Positions 11,318 to 23,789 of a DNA stretch of 64,000 nucleotides are shown in pieces; within the stretch, counting starts at the first letter, position 1; each line of letters opens with the position of its first letter. The notes below the pieces were generated by a model. The model did no database searches. It worked only from the letters and a program-made list of their open reading frames with translations, and had not been told where the DNA came from. The position numbers and the translations under genes were made by a program. Source of the stretch: Podospora anserina (lineage: Eukaryota); assembly GCA_017654855.1 (NCBI GenBank), contig CM030334.1:2790001-2854000 (forward strand). Reading direction: 5' to 3'.

Positions 11318-13733
11318 AATGTAATTACGTTCTAGTCTCTATTATTCTGTGCACGACGTGTGGAGGTTGTGTGTGTAGGTTTTAGCATGGGAAGTGTCAT
11401 GGAGCAGCAACTGACCACCACCAGTTGCTCTCTCTTTTTTGCTCCCTCGGGCTTGCTTCATGACGGTCTTAGTAATTACTAGGGTTGTCCGGAGCAAACC
11501 GTGGTAGGTGGGTGTCTGTTATCAGTTTATGAATTCTATATCTGATGGTTACTCCTGGTGTAGTTATCGCAGAGTGAGGATTCTGGGTAGAGATGTCATT
11601 CGGGAAGTTGGAAGTGTGTTTTTCTGCTTTCCGAGGTCACATGTGCTGTCGAACATGGAAGGGGCTCGACATGTATATGGCGGATATGTCTGGGAGCAAT
11701 AAATGGTAGGTACCAGTGCGTTGGTCTCCCAATATTGCCGATGTTGCTTGCTCCTCGTGTAATAAATCGAATGCTAGGTTGCATTTCTGCCATGTGTAAC
11801 TCCGAATCACCATGAGGAGATTCAGCTCGGGTCATCATACATGACACTCTCCAATCCCCCCCAAATCCCCTACCGAGCAGACGAATTGCTCCCCCATCTT
11901 CGTTGACCGATTTTCCCCAGAGAGCAAACCCGGTCTCCATGTTTCCCAAGAAGGCTGCGGTAGGCAGCCAAGCCAGCTGCCCACTTCCAATCCCGAGCAC
12001 CACTCTCCCCAGGGAGCGTGTAAGTCACGGTGGTGTCGGAGCAACTCAAAAACAAGGCAGCCTATCACAACCATTCAATTACACCAGCACAGCATTAACT
12101 CTTTTTCGCACAACGATCCCTTTCTCTTGACCGGCTGCGACCTTGCAAAGGGGCAATAGTCGGCTACCGACCTCCTTGCTCCGCACCAACTAAGAAGTCG
12201 GGCAAATTGAAGTTTTCCATGTTTCAGCTCCGGGCTTCCCTACCTACCTTGTTATCTTCCGCCCACCTGTGCTGCCTTCTCCAAAAAGGAGGGGTAGCTT
12301 TTCTGGTTGGTGATGAGTCGGTCCAAAATGTGGGAGGCACAGCCACAGCCTTGTCCGAAGAGGTGGTGGTGTGGTTCGTTCACCTTGAAGTTCACGGAAC
12401 TCTCACCTTGGAGGATGTTGGCTGGGGCTATGATATGGTAAACGAAATGATGGTGTGGTCGACGCAAATGGTCTTGGTATCTTACTGCTGCCTCTTTGCT
12501 TTCTAATCCTTTCGGAGGCCTTCGGTATCTGCTTCGATATTAATGACGCCAATGTGAGGGTGTTCAATGGCAAAAGGTCCAGAGCAGGGCTCAAATGTTG
12601 ATGATCAACCAAAAAGTCCCGCATGTTGTTCGCCCGATCAACCTGCAATTAATCTCGGCCGGCACTTATATGAAAATAGAAACGAGGCCATGAGATGGGT
12701 AAGGGGAATGGCCATGTCATACATACGCGAGTTTCTGCCAAATTCTCGCTTCCGTTGTTTCCATGTGCGTCTGCCGCGCGGATAGAGGTATGCAAGTCGG
12801 GCAAACGGCGCAAACAGACGTCCAATAGATCCGCGAGGGAAACGATAAAAAGAAACGGACAGCTTCCCCGGCTGTTGCATACCACCCTCCTCTTTCTCAT
12901 GCGACATACGATGCTGTGTTGAAGATGTACAAGCTTCCGCGTGAGAGTTGAGAGCTCAAGCTTGAGACCTGCCAAGGCTGCGGCCTCCCGCGCCCAGCAT
13001 TGCCCGGCGGGGGTCTGTATAACATCGGTATGGGACTTACTATTGGCTATCTGCCAGTGAGCAGACACACATACCGAGGATCCTACAGATCATATACCAA
13101 GTATTGACAAACGTGGTTGGCAATGGAGTCATGGCAAGGCAACCTTGTGTCTGCCGTGGCTTCTGTGCCATGTCGTACACCACCTTCTTCCCCGGCCGAA
13201 GCCCACCAACAAGAACGCGTCTGGTCCTTCCAGATCGGCTCTGGGATTCACCCATGGTTTCTTCATGCGCCCGTATGTGTGGGTGGTCCGGCGGCTTGCG
13301 TAAGTGGCCTCTTTTGTGTATCAGCTTCGGCGACATATGCTGCATCGTTTCCAAGCATGGAAGAAAATCCTCGCCAGTGAATTGGAAATTCGGGGGGGCA
13401 ATCTCTCAAGATTCCAACGTTTCGTAAGGCGGACCCACATCCCATGGTTCGCATCTGGAAGTCATGGGTTGATCAGCTGGAGATGGGAGGTTGGCCAGCG
13501 CCCGGGCTACGGCTTGCGAGATGGATATATTGTCATGAGGTTGTCCAAGTTCTGCACCTTCTTCTGCCAGTTAGCTCGCTTTGCTTCCTCGACTATACTT
13601 TCTCTTCTCTCTTGCACCCACGTACTCCGCCCTTTACACAGCTCGGCTGTAACGGGGCAACAGTTTCTGCACATATGCTTAGCTTTTCTCTGTTCTTTGA
13701 CCAGGACTCACCACTGAGATACCGTTCTCCATA

Positions 13734-15889
13734 ATGCTCCCCATGAACTCTTCTACACAGCCAAGCAACTGGACCGGACAGGCTGCCGGGGCACCAGTTA
13801 CTTTGCATTCTCCACCCTCGGGCACTTCTCTGCCTCCTAAGCTACCGCACTTGACCTTCGAGAACCCTGATGATAGCGACAGCACCGAATTTGACGATTC
13901 CAACAGCAGTGAAGATGATGAATCTGACACAGAGGCAAGCCCGGTCGAGGCCATCAAAAACAACATGGCCAACCCTTTGAGGGCGGAAAGGCCTCGCGTC
14001 CCGCCGTTGAGCGTACCGCAGGCAAATGTTGGCTTCCAGCGAGCTCAAACTCCGATCGAGTCTGCACAGGCAAAGGTGCTCGAGGACCTTGTCAACAAAG
14101 TCTCAAAACTGGAGACAGAACGTATGTGAACCCATCAAGGCGTTTCCTGGTAGATTGCTGATCAGACTGTAGTGGGTAAATTTCGAGGCACCACATCGGC
14201 CCCAGACCATGAAGACCGCCATGCCGGGGCATCACCCTTGACGACACCAGGTATTCGACTCCAACCACCCACTTACCCGGGACATATCAACAGAGTGCCG
14301 TCTCCTCGGCAAACAGCTCCTCGGACAGTCACCGGTCAGACAACCTCAGCCTTCCCTGAGCTAGCACCCCGATCACCATCCGGTGTTCAGTTCAGTTCAC
14401 CAGTGCCGCCCTTCTCGTCTGGCGGCCACCCGGCGGGTCCGTTTCCGGGTGTAAAGACACCCGTGGTTGAGATTTCCGCTGTTGATCTCAAATGGGGTCC
14501 GCTGTTCGACGAAAAGGGAGCGCCAACAAAAAGATGGGAGCAAGTGTTGAAAGGTCTTGGTCAATACATTGTAAGTAGAGCGAGTCGATGATTGGTAAGA
14601 AACAAACTAACGCGTCTTCTGTTGTAGCTCGATGAATTTATGCCACAAAAGACGTTGGTGATGGCTCCTCAAAAGATGGCAGCTTTCTACTCCCAGCACA
14701 ACATCGAGTGTGAGGCAGTTTCATTCCTCGGTATGTTGAATCCATCTTTCAGCTACTGTGTGAGGCTGACCAAGGTGCAGAAATATTTCGAAGCCGGAAT
14801 CAAGACGTCCATGTCAGATTGTCCGAGCTGTATGACCAGCTCGGGTTCGAATATCACTTGGCACCTTCAGCACCCGGATGTAGGCCGACGGTGCCTGGCT
14901 TGACCCTCCACGGATGGACTCAGTGGATGACGTTAGCCATGAGGGCGCATCCTGATGAAGAGGCTCGCAGGTTCGCCAAGGTGATCACGATGCTGCCCAT
15001 TAATGCCGAGAGTCCACTTGACGGCAAGCTAGAAAGACTTCCGAAGCAGATATCCCGTCACCTTTTGCCGGAGAAGGCCGACCCAGCATCCCGGGGAAAG
15101 TTCAGCGCCGCCCTTCGAGTGGTACAGGAAGCTTTGGGACTGTTGTCTCCGCCGCCCAAACCGAGTCTCCAGGAACGACGGCCATCTCAATCGCGCGCTG
15201 TTAGCCCTAGGTCTCGATATAAGCCCTCATCCGTTGGCATTCCGTCACCTCCCTCCTCAGTCTCCGGGGCGGCCGTGGATGATGACTACCGGAGAGGTGA
15301 CCGTGAGCGCGAGCGAAACTACCGCGACCTGCCAGGAAGACCATACGAGAGTAATGGCTCCGCGAGGCGAGACCCTCCATTATCGCGATCAACAACGGGA
15401 CTTAGCTTGCCCACTCGCCCCCCCTCGCGGACCGGACCCCCTTCGACAACAAGTTCTCGCCGACGTAGCTCACCTGCCCCCTATCACAGAGGCTCCGTAT
15501 CAGGGGCAAGTGGAAGAGAGGAGAGGGGATACACCAGGTCGTCGTCTGATGCTACCATATATCCTCACCGGTCGGACCAAAGAGAGCGAGAGCGTGAACG
15601 AGAAAGAGAACGCGAAAGAGATAGGGAGCGGGAGCGGGAGCGGGAGCGTGATCGTGACAGAGAGAAAGATGCCCGAGACTCCAAGGCCAGAGGACGAGAA
15701 AGGGAGGCAGACAGAAGGGACAGAGGCAGTCGAAGATCGGCCTCGGTGGTGAGCAACACGGACCGAAAAGGAGGTCTTGGTCGTCCTAGCCGAAGGAGTT
15801 CTGTGATTGTCCAAGATGAACGAGCGGGCAACTTGGGACGTGCCCCGACGTGGGGAGATTTCTTTACAGGAAAGTCAGCCATGGCTTGA
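13734..15889 (+). CDS. Fungal DUF7514-like protein with RE/RD-rich C-terminus, 4 exons
   Basis: AVDLKWGPLFDEKGAPTKRWEQVLKGL, PQKMAAFY, PTVPGLTLHGWTQWM, ERLPKQISRHLLP. GT-AG introns near 14122-14172, 14571-14627 and 14732-14780. Confidence 0.75.
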
Positions 15890-16717
15890 GTGTGGTGTGT
15901 GAGATGTGTACGTTGCTGTTGGTACATTGCTTTGTCATTGTCTGGGTTTTCTTCGTACCTTATACTCGCATAGCTAGCTACTCGTTCCTTAGGATAGAAT
16001 AGGTACTGCCTGCGCCGTGTAAGCTTTTGTTGCGATTAATTTTAAAATTATTCACCCTTGATAACTCGTACCTTCCTCTTCATCCCATTAAGCCTCTCAC
16101 CGACTCTTGGACACCCCATTTCGGGAAGGAGCTCGTGGCTTGAGTGAGCCGACTTGGAAAGCTTGAATCGACTTCTGGCAAGAGCCAACGGCATCGGGCT
16201 CCCCACGATCGACTTCATCATCTGCCATTTCACCCCACCTCTACCACCCTCAATGCTGCCGATCCGAAATCCTTCAAAAACAATCTTTGTCGCGCATGCA
16301 GCTGCAGCACTTTGCATCGAGGGAAACAGAGGCTATCGCCGGTTTCCTGTACCTTGTTGCTTTCTCCCTGCACGGCACACCTCCCGCGGTCGCCGGATGA
16401 CGTAGTTGACATCCCGCCATCTGACATGCCTCCCGGTGCCGGCTCTTCCATTGTGCGCCGACTTTCCGACTACACACTCTGTTGAATGGCACCTACACAC
16501 GGCACCGTGTAACCCAATCTTTGTCCTTGCTGCCATGAAATCTGGTTGGATGATGAACGGCTCGGATGCCCCTCCCCCTGACTACTTATGTCATAGGTGA
16601 ACACAAGTCCGAGACCTGAGTATCTCGGGGACAATATGGTGGGAGATATATGATGGTTTGCCCTCTTGGGTCTTGGATATCGTTTTTGATCAACTGTAGC
16701 TATCATCCACCCTCACA

Positions 16718-18762
16718 ATGGCTGTCGACGCTGACAAGGCCCACAACCGCTCCAACTCAACCACCTCCAAAGCCTCGTACGCTCACCATGACGATACAGG
16801 CACCGCTTCATCCCACCATGGCTTACCAGAGTCTCTCAAGCACCAACGCCTGGAAGCCTCCAGGAAGCTCGCAAACCCCCTCGCTGGTTTGAGCCATGAA
16901 CGACTTTACCAGATGGGCGAGGAGTATGCCGTTAACGCCGGGCTGACCAGCGATGAGGACCTCCGCGCTTTCCGTCTCGGTGCTGTTATCGCTAGCAACC
17001 AGACTGACTACAGCTCCATCCCGGAGCTTACCGATCGCGAGAGGGAAGTTCTGGAGCGTGAGACAACCCACAAGTGGTCCAACCCCCGGATGCTTTACTG
17101 GGTCATTGCCATCTGCTCTCTCTGTGCCGCTGTTCAGGGCATGGATGAGACAGTTGTCAATGGCGCCCAGATCTTTTACAAGGAAGCCTTTGGAATCGCT
17201 GAGGACACCTGGTTGATTGGTCTCACTAACGGCGCTCCGTATTTGTGCTGTGCCATTGTTGGTTGCTGGGTGACTGAGCCTATGAATAAGAGGTTCGGGA
17301 GAAGAGGCACCATCTTCATCTCTTGTGCTATTTCGGCGTTGGCATGCTTCTGGCAGGCGTTTACGAACACCTGGTATCATATGTTTATCGCAAGGTTTTT
17401 CTTGGGATTTGGTATTGGACCCAAGAGCGCAACTACACCGATTTTCGCCGCAGAGTGTTCTCCGCCAAGACTGAGAGGAGCCCTGGTCATGGTGAGCACC
17501 CCCTTTTACCCCTGAGTCCTTGGCATCTTGTATCCACCTCTCGAGACATCGCCTTCAACCAGTGAGCATATTGCTAACAAACCACAAAGCAATGGCAAAT
17601 GTGGACGGCCTTCGGTATTATGATCGGTTACGTTGCCGACTTGGCCTTCTACCCTGTTCCTGACCGCGGCATCCCCCTGGGTCTCAACTGGCGGTTGATG
17701 ATGGGTTCCGCCCTCATTCCAGCCGTCGTTGTCTGTTGTCTCGCCTACGTCTGCCCCGAGTCACCCAGATGGTATCTCACCAAGAACCGCCACAAGGATG
17801 CGTTTGCTTCGGTCTGTCAACTTCGCCATGAGAAAGTCCAGGCGGCCAGGGATCTGTTTTACACGCACACCCTGCTCAAGGCGGAAGAGCAGACCACGGC
17901 CAACATTGGAACACGCAACCGCATCAAGGAGATCTTTACCATCCGACGCAACAGAAATGCCATGATTGCTTCTGAGATTGTCATGTTTATGCAGCAATTC
18001 TGCGGTGTCAATGTCATTGCCTACTTTTCCAGTGAAATTTTCAGAGAGGCTGGGTATTCTGAGGTCGAGGCTCTGGCAGCAAGCTTGGGATTCGGAGTCA
18101 TAAACTTCTTGTTTGCTATACCAGCCTTTTACACCATCGACACGTACGGCCGGCGCAATTTACTGCTCACCACCTTCCCGCTGATGGCACTATTCATGTT
18201 CTTCACTGGTTTCAGCTTCTGGATACCAGAAGACAGTCCAGCACACATCGGGTGTATCGCCTTGGGAATCTACCTCTTCGGCATCGTCTACAGCCCCGGC
18301 GAGGGCCCGGTGCCATTTACCTATTCAGCAGAAGCATACCCGCTGTATATCCGCGCCATAGGGATGAGCTTCGCGACGGCAACGACGTGGTTCTTCAATT
18401 TTGTTCTGGCGCTTACGTGGCCGAGTTTACTGGAGGCGTTCAGGCCGCAGGGCGCTTTTAGCTGGTATGGGGGGTGGAATATTGTTGGGTTTTTCTTGGT
18501 GTTGTTTTTGGTGCCTGAGACGAAGGAGAAGACGTTGGAGGAGCTGGATAGGGTTTTTGATGTGGATTTGAGGAGGATGATGGCTTTTGGGGCGAGGCAG
18601 GCGGGGTGGTTTTGGGGGAGGTACGTGATGAGGCGGAAGGGGGGGGGGAAGCCGGTTCATCCGGGGGAGGAGGGGTTGGATGGGGATAGTGGGGAGGAGG
18701 GAGAGTTTTTGGGGGAGAAGAAGGGGGTTGTTGGGGGGATGGATGGGGCGGGGAGGGTTTGA
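16718..18762 (+). CDS. MFS sugar-porter family transporter (polyol/myo-inositol-like); intron 17492-17589
   Basis: AAVQGMDETVVNGA, RFGRR, GIGPKSATTPIFAAECSP, QWQMWTAFGI, PESPRW, QQFCGVNVIAY, DTYGRR, PETK sugar-porter motifs. Confidence 0.93.
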
Positions 18763-21573
18763 TGCTGGATGGGAGGTGGGTGTTCGGGATAATTACTGGG
18801 TTGGATTTACTAATTGATTAAGATCGTATGACTCTGGTTGTCAGGGACGTCTTATTGCCATCTAAGTCTGGGATCTGTGGTTGATTCATCTCTATATTTC
18901 TATCAAACCAACAGGTCCCCGCAAGAAATTTCGGTTATAAACCATCTTTTCACAAAGCCAACCATCTTCCTCGGAGAAGAGCTCTCATAGTCTTTACCCA
19001 TAACGATGTCAGCATTAGTCGTCAACCCATTGTCAAGTATCGGTCAATATTTATTTCTGTCCTTTCTCAGACATGAATGAAGCTAGTCATTGGAAATATA
19101 ACCCATGGCTTGGAAAAAGACGGAAGTAAGAATGAACAATTAGACCGCCGAGACGGAGGTCAGACTACGGGCGTCTTTTGACACGTATTGAACAAATCCC
19201 ACCCTTGTCTTTCCTGCTTGCGAGAATCAGACAGCCACGATCCAGCCCACCGCAACCCACCAAGACAAATCCTCAGCATCAATACACCGCCACCCAACCC
19301 ACGTTCCCTTTCTCGGGTACGTGAGCTACATGCACTCTGCACCAACATCACCTCTCTTCTCCAGCTTCATCTATTTCATGTTGGCCGCGATGGCATTGTT
19401 GTTGTCGACCATGTTGGCTGGGCTGGCACATGATGCCTTCCTCCCAACCGTCCCAGAGATTACCCGGGAGAGGAGGAGGAGGGGCAGAGAGGAGGAGGAG
19501 GGGCAGAGAGGAGGAGGAGGGGCAGCAAGCGCAGTTAGCTGTCCTCTTCCATCTGCTGCGGGAGAGGCGGTAGCGGTGGTGAAATAGGTAAGGGTGGGTG
19601 GGGAGGCGGTGGTTTCGCCCGCGAGCGCGGTTGGGTTTCGGGGTCTGGGGTGAGGTTTGGGGGGAAAGGGTGGTGAGTACGGGTGGTTTTGGGCTGTAGG
19701 GTGGGATGTTATTGGGTAGAGACTTGGAGGGATAGTTCGAAGATATTTGAGGTATGTACAACCCCTTTTTTCTTTCTTTTCAGACAACCCCCTTTTACAG
19801 CTGGGAATCAAGGGTGGGGGTTAGGGTTGCGCATGGGGATGATGTCTTGGAATAGCTTCGGCGACTGCTCCTGGAGTGAATACCGGTGGCATGACTGTCA
19901 CCAACAACACTACACCAGCGTAGTTAGACAGCTGACTGCTTGTGGATGTCGTCGCAAGCGGGTGACGTGGCTATGCTGGTGTTGTTGGTGATGCACGTTA
20001 ACACACACGGCCGCAACCCTGGTTGTCTGAGTCAGGGTTCTGTAAGGGGACACGGCGCAGGTGCCAACCTAAACTATCAGTCAATCCAGAAGGACCAATC
20101 AGAAGTTTCCTTTTGCGCGCATATCCATCCGGGTCACAGTGTTGAATTTGGCGTATAGATTCAATGAGGGCAGGTTATAACGCAAGGAGAAGGCGAGGTA
20201 CGTATTTGATTTGCTTTGAAGGGTTTCGGCGAGGACCTATTTTGACCTACTTTGAAAGGTTTTATCAGTCCGAGCCTTTGCTGCGTGAAAGGGGTATTTC
20301 GGGCCCCGGGTCTGACCACTCCTAACGCGGGTACATTACCCGGAGGTAGAGGAAGATGTTTCACTCGAGGCCCGACTACAGGTTATCGGCTGCCACGTTT
20401 GGCTGACATTGCTCACCGAATTCCAACAACAAGTGTTGTATAAAAGTTGGGTAAAACTCTTTCACATGATAAACACTAGTTCTTGTCGTTGGTGAAGTCA
20501 TCCCCACCCCTAGGTATCCCGCCTTGACAAGGCTGCGCCATCACTAATACTCGCCCAGCAAGTATATATCAACATTAGGGAGACAATAGTTGACAAACCG
20601 AGACATCCACGACAAAGTATGATTGGCCAGAGGTCAACGAAGCACCGGCATTTGGCTTCTAGGCCGTTGGTGATGAAAGAAAGAGGGTGCATTAGGTGAG
20701 CATTCACGTGACCACTTCCACCACCAACTTTGGTTGCGAAGGGAGGTTCAAGAAAGACAGGCAGCTGTTTTCAGGCCTTGAAAGAAGCACGGCAGACTCG
20801 TATTCGGACTCTACCCACCTCAAGCAAGCAAGCTCGAAGCTGTGACGAGGTGGCAGAGCAGCTTAAGCTAGTAATTAAGGTAAGGGAGCTGTTGACTTGG
20901 TCATGGGGTAGGGCAAAATGGCCTGAGGGTTGGAGATAGAGGGGCCTTGGGAGTTTAGGCGGTGATGGTGGCGTCGCAGCTGCGATGGGCGAGTTTGGCT
21001 AGAGGTGGAAGAAGGTTGTCATGTTGGTATGTTTGATCAGAGGTTCGAGCTCACACAGCCTTCACATGCTGGTCGAATCAAGTGGATTTTGGCCCCGTGC
21101 TATGGTCTGATATCGATTGACAAAGTAGTACAAGGAGACTAACTAACTTGGCAACTGAAGCCCGAACATATCCACGATATGGAGCAACCAGAATGGTGGC
21201 TCAACGTCCACCAAGGCACAGTGTATACTGTGACACCCCGACAACCCCGCAAGTTCCCGTGTTGCCCAGTGATCTGGATCTGGCGAGGGAGGAGGCGAAG
21301 AGAGTCAAGATGTTTGTTATAAAGGAGGACTCGGGGGGAAGCCACCTCGGCGATCGATGAAGAACAAGGGGGGCATGGAAGTATAAGAATCAAAACAGTC
21401 TGGCTGTTCCGTGCCATCTGCTCTCGAGATTCAACAGGTTTTCAGCATTCACGGCATTGCTTTTCTCTTTGAGACTACCCCCTAATCAACTGTCATTCAG
21501 TGCTCGTTGAGCTTTTGTTATCTGCTTCTTCTCACCCTTGCCCTGTGCTCTGGGTGTCTGAGTCCACTTCAAC

Positions 21574-23529
21574 ATGGCAAACACCTACGCCTTCAACAGC
21601 ACGGCTGGGTTTGACGAAGCTCTAGCTATTAAAGCGTCGGCTGTCCTCAAGGTCATCTACAAATACCGTCTCAACAGATCGGGATTGGGATCTGAGACCT
21701 CGGATAGCCACGACATGTTCAAGTTCTTTGTTCTCGTCTACGACCAGGTCCGGGCCAATCAGACCATCAAGATGTGTCTCCCCGCCTTTCCTTTCAAGTC
21801 CCCAAACGACAAGTGCAAGGTCCTCGGCCGTCTTCCCGATATGGCAGAGCAGTTTGCCCTGGCCCACTTGAACGGGCTGTGTGCCGCCATTGAGGACATC
21901 TACCCCCCAGGAGCAGAGCTGACCATTATCTCCGATGGGCTGGTATACAACGACCTCCTGGGCGTTCCCGACAAACATGTCTGGGCATATGGTCAAGCAC
22001 TCCGTGACCTCGCTGTCGAAAAGGGGTTCGGCAACAACATCAAGTTCTCTCGTCTCCAAGATCTTCTCCATGTGTTTCCCGGAAATGACCTGGATGAGAT
22101 CACATACGTCGCCAATGCCACCGAGTTTCGCAGGGCGCTCCTCAACACCTTTGGCCGCCCTGACTTTGACGCCTCGGTTGAGATCTGCTGCAACGAGGAC
22201 ACTTGCATGACGTACCGCGGGTACATCAAGTTCCTCGAGACAGACCTCAGGCATGTCTATCCCTTGGGTTCGGACCGGTCAAAGTCAAAGTTCAAGAGGG
22301 GCACCGAGCACATCGCCAAAAGCATGCTCATGCGAGGCGACGCCTTTGCGAGGGCTGTTCGAGAACGCTTTCCCAACCATCTCCGTCTGTCTATTCACCC
22401 GAAGGGCTCAGTGTCCAACCCCAACCCCAAAACCCAAACCAACACCAAGCTCCCCATCAGCCTCCTACCCAACACCACCCCCGGCACCACCCCCTGGCAC
22501 TGCTGCCTAGGCCTCAAAGCAGACGGCACGATCCTCTCCCTCCCCCGCTCCCAATTCGACTCTGACCCCTCCTTCGAACTCATACTCTCCCACTCCGGCC
22601 ACGGGAGCTACTACCGCGAGAAATCCCCCTTTTCCTGGGACTCCCCCCAAGTCTTCATCCAGCCCCTCTACCCCTGCGGCCTCCTCATCCAACCCCTCGT
22701 CCCCAACTCCCTCCCCATCACCTCCATCCCCATCCTCTCCATCCGCGCCCTAGCAGAGCACAACTCCCCCATCTGCCTCCGAGGCTTCAAACAAACCACC
22801 AACCGCGACCTCTTCATCCAAAAAGCCAAAGAAATGGGCACCACCCTCGGCTGGCCAGGCCGGTACGAAGTCATCATGTCCGTCAAAGACGTCGGGACAG
22901 AATTTGACGAGAAGGGGAACCCAGTTGTCTCTTCCCTATCGGCAGAGAAAATGGCGTTTCACTACGACGGTGTCTTCAAAACAACGCAAGATCCGGAGAC
23001 GGGAAAGATAAGTTCTCTACCGCCGAGGTTTCAGATGTTTGTTGCCGTCACCCCTTCCCCTTCCAACACGGGCTTGACACTGTTCGCCGCGAGCAGGTTG
23101 CTGTTTCGATATCTGGAACAGAATTACAAGCATGTTGTTAGCTTGGATGTCTTGAAAGAGTGCACCATGTCGCTGAACACGACTGCGTTCGGGGGGGTAA
23201 GCCTGTCGGGTCTGCCGCTGGTGGTGGAGCACCCCACGACGAAACTGCCCTGTCTGAGGTATCACGAGCACTGGCCCAAGTCAAAGACAAAGTTTGGGCC
23301 GATGAATTGCAGACTGAAAATTTCGGAAAGGGGACAGGGAGGGATGGGGTTGACGGATGAGGTTGTGAGGGGCGTGTTGGGTGATTTGCTGTATGACAGG
23401 CGGGTGTGCTACCGGCACGCGTGGAGCAAGGGGGATGTGGTGGTGAGTGATGACTTTGCCATGATGCATACCCGGACTGAGTTTGTTAGTGGGGGTGGGA
23501 GGGAGTTGTGGAGGATTCATATTGACTGA
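21574..23529 (+). CDS. Isocyanide synthase (Dit1/PvcA family) fused to a C-terminal TauD/PvcB-like Fe(II)/2OG dioxygenase
   Basis: LPAFPFKSPN..KVLG.LPD.AE, IYPPGA.LTIISDGLVYNDLLGVPD, YRGY.KFL, LRLSIHP, TPWH (ICS). FHYDG and W..GD...SD...MHTR...GRELWRIH give the HxD...H triad. Intronless 651-aa ORF. Confidence 0.92.
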   Translation: MANTYAFNSTAGFDEALAIKASAVLKVIYKYRLNRSGLGSETSDSHDMFKFFVLVYDQVRANQTIKMCLPAFPFKSPNDKCKVLGRLPDMAEQFALAHLNGLCAAIEDIYPPGAELTIISDGLVYNDLLGVPDKHVWAYGQALRDLAVEKGFGNNIKFSRLQDLLHVFPGNDLDEITYVANATEFRRALLNTFGRPDFDASVEICCNEDTCMTYRGYIKFLETDLRHVYPLGSDRSKSKFKRGTEHIAKSMLMRGDAFARAVRERFPNHLRLSIHPKGSVSNPNPKTQTNTKLPISLLPNTTPGTTPWHCCLGLKADGTILSLPRSQFDSDPSFELILSHSGHGSYYREKSPFSWDSPQVFIQPLYPCGLLIQPLVPNSLPITSIPILSIRALAEHNSPICLRGFKQTTNRDLFIQKAKEMGTTLGWPGRYEVIMSVKDVGTEFDEKGNPVVSSLSAEKMAFHYDGVFKTTQDPETGKISSLPPRFQMFVAVTPSPSNTGLTLFAASRLLFRYLEQNYKHVVSLDVLKECTMSLNTTAFGGVSLSGLPLVVEHPTTKLPCLRYHEHWPKSKTKFGPMNCRLKISERGQGGMGLTDEVVRGVLGDLLYDRRVCYRHAWSKGDVVVSDDFAMMHTRTEFVSGGGRELWRIHID

Positions 23530-23789
23530 GAGAAAAGAGGCTGCTGTTCTTTCTGGGAGGGAAGGGATTTTGGATACTTCCCGTTTGGATATAATCGATA
23601 TTTAAGCTCAAAAGTGCTATTGTGGAAAGAAAAAAAAAAGAAATGAAAATGAAAATGAAAAATAAAAACCTCAACCTGTTGAAATTTAATAATTGAGACT
23701 AGTCAACCCATATCAACCCTAAAACTCCAAACTTGCTTGGTAGGTAGGTACTCACAGGGTATCACATACAAAAAACTCTCTCCATAAAA

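Noticed and set aside
19815-19830. GGGTTAGGGTT as a telomerase RNA template or telomeric seed
   Set aside because: Under two repeat units in G-rich sequence; no other telomerase RNA elements identifiable.
20995-21062. tRNA-like GGTTCGAG segment
   Set aside because: Only 3 bp of T-stem; no D or anticodon arm.
16718-23529. MFS plus ICS as one biosynthetic cluster
   Set aside because: The MFS is a sugar-porter type, not a drug/metabolite exporter; no evidence of co-regulation.
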